A DNA stretch of 64,000 nucleotides from Candidatus Enterousia sp. Its GTDB lineage: Bacteria; Pseudomonadota; Alphaproteobacteria; Rs-D84. The translations under genes were made by a program, and so were the position numbers. The DNA lies in assembly GCA_045613445.1 (NCBI GenBank), contig JAZLAZ010000027.1, positions 674 through 64,673 of the forward strand, read 5' to 3'. The notes beneath the pieces were generated by a model that saw only the letters and a program-made list of their open reading frames with translations, did no database searches and had not been told where the DNA came from. Shown here in pieces: positions 31,023-41,330 of this stretch (the stretch's first letter is position 1; each line of letters begins with the position of its first letter).

Positions 31023-32299
31023 GATTGACACCACGCAGTTTCTTATGGCGTACAATATTGATGATTTTAATTCCGCTGGTCGTTGCACAAATAATCGTTG
31101 CGAACGCATTTTTCAGCAACCATTGGTCACGTGTTCATAATACATTGGCCCGAACACTATCTGGCGAAATTGTAACTATGATGAACTTTATCGACCAAAA
31201 CAAAATCTCAGAATCCCAACAACTGGCGCGTGACATTGGCATCAATTTCAGTATAAATCAGAAATTAAATCGCCCAAAGCACAATGATAATAATGCACAT
31301 GAAACAGGCGAACTGGCATCTGAATTGTCAAAACGGTTAAAGCGTCCTGCAAACATTTACATGGACAAGGGCAAACGACTGGTATTTATTGATGTTCCAA
31401 CCAAAGATAACCAGATTGCAACATTTGGCACATCACTGTACCGCATATATTCAACCAGCACCGAAGTATTTATAATCTGGTTGTTGGGTTCTATATTGAT
31501 TGTATCAATATTGATATCTCCATTTATCATAATGCACACACGCAGCATCAGACGCATTGCACGTGCCGCCAATCGTTTCGGACGCGGGTTGGACGCACCA
31601 GGGTTTGTACCCAGTGGTTCCAAAGAAATTCGTGAAGCCGCAGCATCCATGATTACGATGAAAGAAAGACTGGACAGATACAACCGTACTCGCACAGACA
31701 TGTTAAATGCAGTCAGTCATGATTTAAAAGCACCATTGACTCGTATGCGCTTGGCCGTTGAAACCAACACTGCATCTAATGATGATTTAATCCGTGACAT
31801 TGATCGTATGACAGAAATGGTAAATGGATATCTGGCGTTTGCGCGTGGCGAAACCCCAGAAATCGAACAAGCAACAGAATTACCACCAATGCTGACACGA
31901 ATTGCACGCGACGCAGCATCAGATAAAAAGATTATTACAAACTTTCCTGACACACCCGTACAATTCTATGCCAGACCAATGGCATTAGCACGCGCATTTG
32001 GAAATATAATTGAAAATGCTGCACGATACGCAAAATCCAAGATAAAAATCACAGAAATAGACTCAACCGACAGTGTTGAAATCATTATCGAAGACGACGG
32101 CATCGGTATACCAGATGAACGCAAAAAAGACGCATTACGCCCATTTGTACGTTTGGACGACTCGCGCAGTTCTGACACTGGCGGAACAGGACTGGGGTTA
32201 TCTATTGCCCAAACAGCAATTGAAAACCATGGCGGTCAATTATTCTTAGAAAACAGCGAACTGGGCGGATTAAAAGCTAGAATAGTATTACCGATATAA
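31019..32299 (+). CDS. EnvZ-like sensor histidine kinase
   Basis: Two TMs, HAMP, H-box SHDLKAPLTR, NA.RYA, DDG.GI, GTGLGL. Confidence 0.92.
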   Translation: MRLTPRSFLWRTILMILIPLVVAQIIVANAFFSNHWSRVHNTLARTLSGEIVTMMNFIDQNKISESQQLARDIGINFSINQKLNRPKHNDNNAHETGELASELSKRLKRPANIYMDKGKRLVFIDVPTKDNQIATFGTSLYRIYSTSTEVFIIWLLGSILIVSILISPFIIMHTRSIRRIARAANRFGRGLDAPGFVPSGSKEIREAAASMITMKERLDRYNRTRTDMLNAVSHDLKAPLTRMRLAVETNTASNDDLIRDIDRMTEMVNGYLAFARGETPEIEQATELPPMLTRIARDAASDKKIITNFPDTPVQFYARPMALARAFGNIIENAARYAKSKIKITEIDSTDSVEIIIEDDGIGIPDERKKDALRPFVRLDDSRSSDTGGTGLGLSIAQTAIENHGGQLFLENSELGGLKARIVLPI

Positions 32300-32317
32300 T
32301 GTAAAAGGCAAAAAAAG

Positions 32318-34024
32318 ATGAATTTATATAAATATGTATCAAACGCAATAAATGAAAAATTAGGCACAACTGTAAATTTGGAAGTACCAAGGAATCGTGA
32401 TTTTGGGGATTTTTCAACAAATGCAGCAATGGTTATGGCAAAATCTGCTGGCAAAAACCCGCGCGAACTTGCATCAGAAATTGCGCCCAAATTAAATGAA
32501 CTTGATTTTATTGCAGAAACATCTGTTGCAGGCCCTGGATTCATCAACATCAAATTAAAAGATGACTTCATTTGGTCTGCTGTAACCCAGCCACAAAACC
32601 CAAAATCAACCACAATACAAACAATTGATTTGGATTACGGCGCATACAATGTTGCAAAATCATTACACATTGGACACCTGCGCACATCTATTGTAGGAGA
32701 TACATTTAATCGAATTGCCAAATTATTAGGGCATAAAACTTTTTCATGGAATCATATTGGTGACTGGGGGAAACCAATGGCGCTGGTAATTGCATGGATT
32801 GAAAGGCTGCACCCAGAATTACCATATTTCCAAGACAATTTTGATCCAAAAACATCCGTAGATTTTGAAATTAGTCCATCTGAACTGAATACATATTATC
32901 CATCTGCCAGTACATTGGCAAAACAAGACCCTGAATTTCAAGCACATGCACAAGAAATCAAGGCAAAATTCCAAGACGGTCACGCAGGATACTTTGCGCT
33001 GTATGAAAAGTTTTTGAAAATTTCTTTGGAAATGATGAACGAAACAGTCCAGCGTCTGAATATTTTACCTTTTGATTATGATCTGGGCGAACGCAATGCC
33101 GCGCAATACTTGCCAGAAGTTGAAAAAATTCTGCGCGCTAAAAATTTAATCCAAGAAAGTGATGGCGCCGAAGTTATTATTGTAAAGAAAGAAACAGATA
33201 ACAAACCAATGCCACCTTATATGTGGACAGATTCACGTGGTGCAGACACATATGATTCCACTGACTTAGCCGCTGTATATTGCCGTAAAAAAACTGACAA
33301 TCCAGACAAGATCATATACTTTACAGACCTGCGCCAAGGCTTACATTTTGAACAACTATTTCGTGCATCAGAACTATCTGGAATATACAACTATTCAGAT
33401 TTAGAACATATCGGATATGGCACAATAAATGGCAATGATGGCAAACCTTTCAAAACGCGTGATGGCAACGCCGCAGGACTTGACGACATTATTGACGCAG
33501 TAAACGACGCAGTCAAAGCACGCGTATCTGAATCTGGTAAAACACTTGACGACGACACAATCGGTGCGATTGCATTAGCCGCCGTTAAATTCAACGATTT
33601 AATGCACGATGTTCGTTCTGATTATATATTTGACCCAACATCTGTCACCAGTTTCGAAGGCAGAACAGGGCCATACATTTTGTATACTGCGGTGCGCCTA
33701 AACAGCGTATTGAAACGCGCAACATTTGACGCATCGTCAACATATATGCCAATAACATCAGATGAACGCAATCTGCTGATTGGGATACTTGATTTTGAAC
33801 GCACTGTCTTGACTGCTTTTGAAAATCGTGCGACGGACATGATTGCAAATTATGCATATGATTTGTGTCAATTGATAAACACATTCTATCATAACTGCCC
33901 CATTTTGCGCGATGATATCCCCACAGAAGTACGGGCAGGGCGTCTATATATTGTTCACAAAGCACGCGAAACACTGACCACAACTATTGATTTAATGGGT
34001 CTAAAAATTCCGAATGAAATGTAA
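32318..34024 (+). CDS. argS: Arginine--tRNA ligase
   Basis: NVAKSLHIGHLR (HIGH), GDWG, KPFKTRDG, GRTGPYILY. Confidence 0.95.
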   Translation: MNLYKYVSNAINEKLGTTVNLEVPRNRDFGDFSTNAAMVMAKSAGKNPRELASEIAPKLNELDFIAETSVAGPGFINIKLKDDFIWSAVTQPQNPKSTTIQTIDLDYGAYNVAKSLHIGHLRTSIVGDTFNRIAKLLGHKTFSWNHIGDWGKPMALVIAWIERLHPELPYFQDNFDPKTSVDFEISPSELNTYYPSASTLAKQDPEFQAHAQEIKAKFQDGHAGYFALYEKFLKISLEMMNETVQRLNILPFDYDLGERNAAQYLPEVEKILRAKNLIQESDGAEVIIVKKETDNKPMPPYMWTDSRGADTYDSTDLAAVYCRKKTDNPDKIIYFTDLRQGLHFEQLFRASELSGIYNYSDLEHIGYGTINGNDGKPFKTRDGNAAGLDDIIDAVNDAVKARVSESGKTLDDDTIGAIALAAVKFNDLMHDVRSDYIFDPTSVTSFEGRTGPYILYTAVRLNSVLKRATFDASSTYMPITSDERNLLIGILDFERTVLTAFENRATDMIANYAYDLCQLINTFYHNCPILRDDIPTEVRAGRLYIVHKARETLTTTIDLMGLKIPNEM

Positions 34025-34158
34025 TAAAGCGCCCAAACGGGCGTTTTATTATAATTATCATACGGTACAATAATACCGCATTGATTTTTCTTGACTTTTC
34101 TGCTGGTTTGCGTCATAATGCCTGACGCTATAACAATAAAACAATAGGAAAAACAAAA

Positions 34159-34632
34159 ATGGCAGCGACAAAATCGTTAAAAAAGTGCGAATTAGAAGCC
34201 AAATGGTATCTGATTGACGCAACAGATTGCACGCTGGGTCGTTTGGCAGCATACACTGCAAACATCTTGCGCGGCAAACATAAACCAACATGGACACCAA
34301 ATATGGATTGTGGCGATCATGTTATCATCATCAACGCTGACAAGGTTGCATTATCTGGTCACAAGGCTGACAAAGATCGCTTCTTCTGGCACTCTTTGTG
34401 GACAGGTTCTTTGAAATCTCGCACATTGGGTCAGATGCGTGATGAAAAACCAGAAAAATTGGTTTTCAACGCAGTTAAACGCATGATGGGCCGCCGCACA
34501 GCAGTTGCATTGGCGAATCAACGTCTGACAAAATTGCATGTGTACGCAGGCAGCGAACACAAACATTCTGCACAAAACCCACAGGTTATTGATTTCGCAG
34601 GATTGAACCGTAAAAACAAAAGGGGCGAATAA
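34159..34632 (+). CDS. rplM: 50S ribosomal protein L13
   Basis: WYLIDA...LGRLA...LRGKHKP.WTP..DCGD. Confidence 0.97.
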   Translation: MAATKSLKKCELEAKWYLIDATDCTLGRLAAYTANILRGKHKPTWTPNMDCGDHVIIINADKVALSGHKADKDRFFWHSLWTGSLKSRTLGQMRDEKPEKLVFNAVKRMMGRRTAVALANQRLTKLHVYAGSEHKHSAQNPQVIDFAGLNRKNKRGE

Positions 34633-35114
34633 TGGCAGAAACAAAGAAAACAGCAACAAAGACAGTTAAAAAAGCTGCCCCTGCAAAGAAAACAGCACCA
34701 AAGGCAGCAGTTGCAACACCAAAATTAAACGACGCAACATACGCAACAGGCAAACGTAAAGATTCTGTTGCACGCGTATACTTGATGCCAGGCAAAGGCA
34801 ACATCACAATCAATGGCAAAGCATCAAATGAATACTTCCGTCGCGCAGTATTACAAATGATTATTGCACAACCATTTGAAATCACAAAACGCGAATCTGC
34901 ATACGACATCGTCGCAATGGTTGAAGGTGGTGGCTTGTCTGGTCAAGCAGGCGCAGTAAAACACGGCATTTCCAAAGCATTGGAAAAAGCAGAACCAGAA
35001 TTACGCGCAGCATTGAAGTCAGCTGGCTTCTTGACACGCGACAGCCGTGTTGTTGAACGTAAACACTATGGTTACCGCAAGGCTCGTCGTTCAACTCAGT
35101 TCTCTAAACGTTAA
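34632..35114 (+). CDS. rpsI: 30S ribosomal protein S9
   Basis: [25 protein letters not shown]. Confidence 0.97.
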   Translation: MAETKKTATKTVKKAAPAKKTAPKAAVATPKLNDATYATGKRKDSVARVYLMPGKGNITINGKASNEYFRRAVLQMIIAQPFEITKRESAYDIVAMVEGGGLSGQAGAVKHGISKALEKAEPELRAALKSAGFLTRDSRVVERKHYGYRKARRSTQFSKR

Positions 35115-35222
35115 ATCGTTTGGTTCAGAAAAAAATCCCCGTTTGGGGATTTTTTTATTATTGCTTTCAATCAAAAACATTGTATAATCACGGGGCAATA
35201 AAAATAATATTAGGGGAAACAT

Positions 35223-36530
35223 ATGTTCAAAAAAGAAAAAATCAAAGATTTACATTATTCGGTCAATGGCTTGATTTCTGCCGCTGATTTACAGACTGCC
35301 GCAGATGAAATATTATTAGAATACGGCAAAAAGGCTAAAATGCCAGGTTTCCGTGCCGGTAAAATTCCATTATCTATCTTGCGTCAAAAATACAATGCAT
35401 CTGCATACGGTGAAGCAATCGATAAATTGATGAATCAAGATTTGAACAACTATACCGCTGAAAAGAAAATCCGTTTGGCCGGCGCACCAAAAGCTGACTT
35501 GGCTGGTTGGGAAATCGGCAAAGATGTTGAATACTCTTTGGAATTTGATATTTTGCCAACATTGCCAGAAATTGATTTAGAAAAAATCACTGTAACAAAA
35601 AAAATTGCAGAACTGGATGAAAAAGAAGTTGATACAGCATTGGAAAACATCCGTAAAAGTCGCAGTATTGCTGAAAAACAGGACGAAAAATACCAGGCTG
35701 CAAACGGCGATGTTGCTGTAATCGATTTTACAGGCTTTATTGGCGACGACGCATTCGAAGGTGGCGCCGCAACAAAACATCATCTGATTTTGGGTTCTGG
35801 TTCGTTCATCCCAGGATTCGAAGACCAAATTATCGGTCACAAAATCAATGATGAGTTTGATGTAATTGTAAAATTCCCATCTGATTATCATGCAGAAAAC
35901 CTGGCTGGCAAAGACGCACGTTTTGCAGTCAAAATTCATGAAATCCGCAAACATATCTTGCCAGAATTAAACGATGATTTGGCAAAGCAGGTCGGTCAAG
36001 AAACAGTTGACGCATTAAAAGAACACATTCGTAAAATCATCAACGAACAATATGTCGAAGCTGCACAACGCGATATGCGCAACGAATTACTGGATATCTT
36101 GGCTGATAAAGTAAAATTAGAATTGCCAGAAACATTGGTCGAACAAGAAATGAATATGGCAAAATCTGAATTTGAACGTTCACACGCACATTGCCATGAT
36201 GCAAAATGTGAACACAAATGGGATGAAAAAGCAGAACGCAAAGAAGCAGAACGCCGTGTAAAACTGGGTTTAATCTTGGCAGAATGGGGCACCCAGAACA
36301 AGGTCGAAGTAACACGCGAAGATCTGCAACAAGCCATCTGGGCCGAAGCATCACGTTACCCAGACCCAAAACAAGTATTTGAATTCTATAACAAGAATCA
36401 GAACGCATTGGCAATGTTGCGTGGCATGTTGTTTGAACGCAAAGCACTGGATGCAATGCTGACACATGTAAAAACAAAAGAAAAGAAAGTCAACGCAGAC
36501 GACTTATTCAAACAGGCATCTGTAAAATAA
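35223..36530 (+). CDS. tig: Trigger factor
   Basis: PGFRAGKIP and FKBP domain (IDFTG...FIPGFEDQ). Confidence 0.96.
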   Translation: MFKKEKIKDLHYSVNGLISAADLQTAADEILLEYGKKAKMPGFRAGKIPLSILRQKYNASAYGEAIDKLMNQDLNNYTAEKKIRLAGAPKADLAGWEIGKDVEYSLEFDILPTLPEIDLEKITVTKKIAELDEKEVDTALENIRKSRSIAEKQDEKYQAANGDVAVIDFTGFIGDDAFEGGAATKHHLILGSGSFIPGFEDQIIGHKINDEFDVIVKFPSDYHAENLAGKDARFAVKIHEIRKHILPELNDDLAKQVGQETVDALKEHIRKIINEQYVEAAQRDMRNELLDILADKVKLELPETLVEQEMNMAKSEFERSHAHCHDAKCEHKWDEKAERKEAERRVKLGLILAEWGTQNKVEVTREDLQQAIWAEASRYPDPKQVFEFYNKNQNALAMLRGMLFERKALDAMLTHVKTKEKKVNADDLFKQASVK

Positions 36531-36576
36531 CAACAAACGCACCATCTGGTGCGTTTTTTTCGGAGATTTATAAATA

Positions 36577-37518
36577 ATGAAAGCATATCTTGATATCCTG
36601 AACAACTGTTTAAACAACGGAACAATGTCTGATAATCGCACAGGCATAAAAACTCTTCGTATTCCATGGGGCGCAACATTTGAACACGATATGTCAACTG
36701 GATTCCCATTGGTTACAACAAAAAAAATGGGATTAAAAAATATCGCAACAGAACTAGAATTCTTTATACACGGAATAACAGACAAAAAATGGTTGATTGA
36801 CAGAAAGTGCCACATTTGGGACGAATGGTCCAACCCAACAAAATGGCAACAAAAATACGAACAAGCCATCAAAACCAACCCAAACTTGTCTGACGCAGAA
36901 AAAACAGAGATAAAAAATCAACTTATGTCATCTGAACGCGATTTAGGCCCAATATACGGATGGCAATGGCGCCACTTTGGCGGAAAATACCAATGGAATC
37001 CAGAAAACACACATGATAATTACGACATCAAGCAACCTGGTATCGACCAACTGGCAAATGCAATAAACACAATAAAGAAAGATCCAAACAACCGTCGCAT
37101 CATTGTAAACGCATGGAATCCAGTTGACCAACATCAAATGGCATTACCGCCATGTCACATTATGCATCAGGTTCTGGTACACAATAATAAACTGAATTTG
37201 ATTTGGACCCAGCGTTCATGCGATATGTTTCTGGGTATTCCGTATAACATTGCATCATATGCACTGTTATTGATGTTATACGCCAAAGAAGCAGGGCTGC
37301 AACCGGGTATATTGCGTGGCGAACTGCACGATGTTCACATTTACGAAAATCATATCGATCAAGCACACAAACAAATCGCACGCACACCATATAAATTACC
37401 AACTGTTGAAATACCGAACGAAAATTGGAAAGGCATGCTGAATTGGCATGCCCACGATGGTTTTCAATTAAACGATTACATCTGTCACGAACGCTTGCGC
37501 GGTGATGTTGCCCGATAA
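36577..37518 (+). CDS. thyA: Thymidylate synthase
   Basis: RTG, DLGPIYGWQWR, MALPPCH, QRSCDMFLGIPYNIASY, HIYENH. Confidence 0.97.
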   Translation: MKAYLDILNNCLNNGTMSDNRTGIKTLRIPWGATFEHDMSTGFPLVTTKKMGLKNIATELEFFIHGITDKKWLIDRKCHIWDEWSNPTKWQQKYEQAIKTNPNLSDAEKTEIKNQLMSSERDLGPIYGWQWRHFGGKYQWNPENTHDNYDIKQPGIDQLANAINTIKKDPNNRRIIVNAWNPVDQHQMALPPCHIMHQVLVHNNKLNLIWTQRSCDMFLGIPYNIASYALLLMLYAKEAGLQPGILRGELHDVHIYENHIDQAHKQIARTPYKLPTVEIPNENWKGMLNWHAHDGFQLNDYICHERLRGDVAR

Positions 37519-37598
37519 AAAAATCCCCCAAAAACTGGGGCTTTTTTGTGGACATCTGCTGTTTTTATTATACAATCACAAAAAATCAAAGGTAAAGA

Positions 37599-37935
37599 TA
37601 TGTCAATGGAACACGAATTTTGCGACGGATGCAACCAACATTGTAAACTGGGGGCCGTTATTACAGCAAACGCCAATTGGATAATAACCACCAAACCAAC
37701 CATAAACAATAAAATTTTATTCGGTTATTATGACGAAAAAGATAATTTCAAATTGATAAAAGGCAACCAGGCAGTGGTCAGACAAGAAAAAGACAATAAC
37801 AATGTAGAAACAGCCTTGAACAAATCAAAAAAAGAAGCAATCAAATACGCCCAAATATGCGCAAAACAATACTTAGATTACACCAAACGGGCAATATTTC
37901 TAAATGAAGTAGTAGCGTTACAGCTACACAAATAA
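37599..37935 (+). CDS. Hypothetical protein with N-terminal CxxCxxxC (start approximate)
   Basis: AAGG before MSMEHEFCDGCNQHCKLG. Confidence 0.55.
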
Positions 37936-37958
37936 ATCAAAATTATGCAAATAAAAAG

Positions 37959-38004
37959 AAATCGGAAATCGTAGTGAACAGACGCTACATAAGATTTCCG
38001 ATTT
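37959..38004. terminator. Long interrupted hairpin between converging genes
   Basis: AAATCGGAAATC-GTAG...CTAC-ATAA-GATTTCCGATTT with A and T flanks. Confidence 0.65.
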
Positions 38005-38037
38005 ATTTTTAGATAAATTACTATAATTTATTTACCC

Positions 38038-40155
38038 CTACATAGGTGGGAAACATTCCCCGGTACTTTCTGCACAACAGGCCCGTTCACCATCTGGGAA
38101 CAAAATAAATTCTTCACCTGTACAGCAACCATACATATCAGGCGGATTTCCATCAGAACATGTTTCTTCTTCGACAATCAGTTCATCGGTATATTCTGTA
38201 ACAATCTCAGGCTTATCCATTGTAACAACAGGATTTTGCACAACAGTTTCTGTTTCATATTCTGGTGATGCAACAAACATTTCATCAGAACGAGAAGCCG
38301 CACCATATGCAGGTTTTGAAGCCAAAACCTCATCTTCTGTTGGAACATATGGTTTTTCTTCAACTGGCGCTTCTGCCATTGGTCCAATCACAGGCCCCAA
38401 AGTCTCCAATTCTATAAACGGACTAACGATTTCTGGTGCATCATTTATCGGTTCTTTTTCAATAATAACAGGCTCTGTTTTTTGCTCTGTCACGGGTACA
38501 ATTTCTGCTTCCACAGCAGATTCAATCACTGGTTCTATAACTTCTACTACAACTGGTTCAATTTCTGGCACTATCACAGGTTCAACGGTCACAGATTCAA
38601 CCACAGCCGGTTCAACCACAACAGGTTCTACATCAACGACAGATTCAACCTCTGTAACAACGGGTTCTGTTTTAGCCCCCAACACAGGCATTGTATCATT
38701 CATAGACCGTTGATACACCCACAATGTAAAAACAGACAATATAATCAAAACACCCAACAAAACATAATATAACATTGTCGGTTTAACACGATTTACATCA
38801 TTTCCAACAGATGTCACAGCCATTGGTACTTCGTTTGTAATTGGTGACACAGGACGAAAATCCGATGAAACAGGCGCAGGCTCAATATCATCTGATGCAT
38901 ATTCAGGCGCAACCACAGGTTCCAGCACATCCTGAACAGGTTTCTGTTCCTGCATTACAACCGGTTCTGATTTTTTTTGCCAAACTTCATCTGTCTGAAC
39001 ATCAGCCATTGGAATCGGTGTAAACCCATCAAAAAGCGGTGTAGTTTCAATTTCTTCTTGAACATCGACATGTACATCATCTGGGCTAAAATCGGTTGGT
39101 GGCGTAAAAGACAATGGTTGAACAAATGTTTCTTGTTCAGATACCTCAACATCTGGCACATCCACAGGCTCAATCATCGGCACAACTGGGGCAGGGGTAC
39201 TTTCCTCAACCACAGGTGCAACAACAGGCACAACCGGTTCCGGCATCACTGCTGGTGCATTAAAATCAATTGGTTTGAACGCAATTTCTTCATCGATAAT
39301 ATCCGGATTAGTATCAAACAGCGGTTTAACTTCTTCGGCCATCGTTTCTGCCTTTGTTTCAATAATTTCAGTTTTTGTTTCTGTGATTTCTGCCGGCACA
39401 GGTGCAGATTTCGCAACAACAATTTCCGCCGGTGCAGGCACAACAGGCAAATTGATATTCAGCTTATCCAATATTGACTGTGCAACATCAATTTCATCTT
39501 GCGCAGCCGCCAGTCTGTTCTGAGCATTAGTTAAACGTTTTTTTGCCCGTTTCAGCTTATCATTCACAGAATCAATCTGGGACTCAATACGCAAAATCTT
39601 GGCAGCAGACTGTTTTGTAGGTTCTTTACCAATCGCACGCTTCGCATCTGTCAGCTTTTGACGCAAAGTCTTTATACGATTTTGCAATTCGATAATTTTT
39701 TCATTTGTCTTGTCAATCGTTTCACGACTGCGACTGACAGTAAGTTCCGCAGCCCCCAAGCGTTCAATCGCCGCGCGTTTAGCTGCGACATGACGAAATT
39801 CAACCAACGCATGCAACGGCTCATTTAACACATCATCTGATTCATATGCATGAATCAAGTCATCGTATTGTGCCAGTCCTGCATACTCAATATCCAGTTT
39901 TTGATATTTATTATCCTTCTTTGGGCGAACTGTTTCTAAATCGACACCATAGTCATTTTCCAGAATATCATCCCACTTGCGGTCCCCAACAGGATTTATA
40001 ACCAACAATACATTCGGTTTAATATCGTCAACCAAGAAATCTATGATGAACACCAATTTATTATCAGCGTCATAATACGCCCGAAAAGAATATCCTGCGA
40101 TACTATAATCGACTGATGTCAATGGTTGAAAAAATGTTTCTCTCTCGTTTGTCAT
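38038..40155 (-). CDS. Membrane-anchored coiled-coil, P/E/V-rich protein
   Basis: Coiled coil at about aa 125-230, acidic Pro-rich linkers, one TM (LYYVLLGVLIILSVFTLWVY), 6-Cys C-terminus. Confidence 0.75.
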   Translation of the reverse strand: MTNERETFFQPLTSVDYSIAGYSFRAYYDADNKLVFIIDFLVDDIKPNVLLVINPVGDRKWDDILENDYGVDLETVRPKKDNKYQKLDIEYAGLAQYDDLIHAYESDDVLNEPLHALVEFRHVAAKRAAIERLGAAELTVSRSRETIDKTNEKIIELQNRIKTLRQKLTDAKRAIGKEPTKQSAAKILRIESQIDSVNDKLKRAKKRLTNAQNRLAAAQDEIDVAQSILDKLNINLPVVPAPAEIVVAKSAPVPAEITETKTEIIETKAETMAEEVKPLFDTNPDIIDEEIAFKPIDFNAPAVMPEPVVPVVAPVVEESTPAPVVPMIEPVDVPDVEVSEQETFVQPLSFTPPTDFSPDDVHVDVQEEIETTPLFDGFTPIPMADVQTDEVWQKKSEPVVMQEQKPVQDVLEPVVAPEYASDDIEPAPVSSDFRPVSPITNEVPMAVTSVGNDVNRVKPTMLYYVLLGVLIILSVFTLWVYQRSMNDTMPVLGAKTEPVVTEVESVVDVEPVVVEPAVVESVTVEPVIVPEIEPVVVEVIEPVIESAVEAEIVPVTEQKTEPVIIEKEPINDAPEIVSPFIELETLGPVIGPMAEAPVEEKPYVPTEDEVLASKPAYGAASRSDEMFVASPEYETETVVQNPVVTMDKPEIVTEYTDELIVEEETCSDGNPPDMYGCCTGEEFILFPDGERACCAESTGECFPPM

Positions 40156-40170
40156 TTACAAACCCCTGTC

Positions 40171-40776
40171 TTATTTCTTTTTTGGTGGTGCAAATTGATA
40201 TGCCTGCTTGCAGTGTTCATAACAATAAGGCTTTCCCACAAAAACCGTTTCCCCACAGAAATGAAAATGTTCAGAATCAGGATCCCCGATTGGCCAACGA
40301 CACTGATTAGGCTTCAAGTTAGCCATTTCTAGTGAATGTTGAATAATACGCTGATGAACAGCCAAACTCTTGGCATCATTTCTAACAGCAGTCACTGTTT
40401 TTTTTGTATTTTCTTTTGGTTCTTCAACTTTTTTAGTCGCTGTCGTTTTTTTAACAGTACTTTTTTCTGTCACTTTTTCTACAGGTTTCACCGCCGCTTT
40501 CTTCGTGACAGATTTTACAGTCGTTTTCTTTTCAGCTGTTGCAGATTTTGCAGTCTTCGCTGTACTGGCCACTTTTTTTACGATTCCAGTCTTTTTTTCT
40601 GGGATTTCGACAGTTGATGCACCACCCGCCTTGGCATTCCAACCAAGTCTGTTTAATTTACCCACAATTGCATTTTTTGACATCCCCAGTCTTTTACCAA
40701 TTTCAGATGTAGACAGTCCTTTGCCAGTCAATGCTTTTAACTTTTTTAATGTTGCGTTATCCCAACCTTTGCTCAT
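40171..40776 (-). CDS. gcrA: Cell-cycle regulator GcrA
   Basis: W.......LK.L...GLS.SEI...LG.SKNAIVGK..RL and CRWPIGDP...FHFCG...PYC.EH. Confidence 0.92.
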   Translation of the reverse strand: MSKGWDNATLKKLKALTGKGLSTSEIGKRLGMSKNAIVGKLNRLGWNAKAGGASTVEIPEKKTGIVKKVASTAKTAKSATAEKKTTVKSVTKKAAVKPVEKVTEKSTVKKTTATKKVEEPKENTKKTVTAVRNDAKSLAVHQRIIQHSLEMANLKPNQCRWPIGDPDSEHFHFCGETVFVGKPYCYEHCKQAYQFAPPKKK

Positions 40777-40849
40777 TTTACAAAACCCTTAGATTACATT
40801 ATAATATAATTGTAACATAATTCCGATTCGAAACGCAAGGGAGAAAAAT

Positions 40850-41308
40850 ATGATTTCTTATATCTTTTTCATTATTTTACTAGCTTTTGCGGCATTTTTG
40901 TCTATTAAAATATCAATTGCTGACCTGCGTCGCAGAATCATACCAGACGCATACTTATTTCCATTGATGCTGATTGGGTTGACTTTGATATCATTTTATT
41001 CTTTTCCAACAAACATTCAAACAGCAACTATTGGCGCTATATTTGGCTATACAATGGCGGCCATTATCGGAATCATATTTGAAAAAACAAAGAAATCTAA
41101 CGATGCACCGATTGGCATGGGCGACCTAAAATTATTAGGGGTAGGCGGGATATGGCTGGGCACAAATGGACTGGCAATTGCACTGATCATCGCATGCATT
41201 TCCGGCATGATATGGTCAAGACAAAAACAACAAAAATATATCCCTTTTGCACCATTCTTTATATTTGGGGGATTTTTATCTTTTATTATAAATCTGTTTT
41301 TGTTATAA
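40850..41308 (+). CDS. A24 prepilin peptidase (short, no methylase domain)
   Basis: DLRRRIIPD, GMGDLKL, IPFAPF. Confidence 0.85.
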   Translation: MISYIFFIILLAFAAFLSIKISIADLRRRIIPDAYLFPLMLIGLTLISFYSFPTNIQTATIGAIFGYTMAAIIGIIFEKTKKSNDAPIGMGDLKLLGVGGIWLGTNGLAIALIIACISGMIWSRQKQQKYIPFAPFFIFGGFLSFIINLFLL

Positions 41309-41330
41309 TCAATCAAACAGGGAACCGGAA

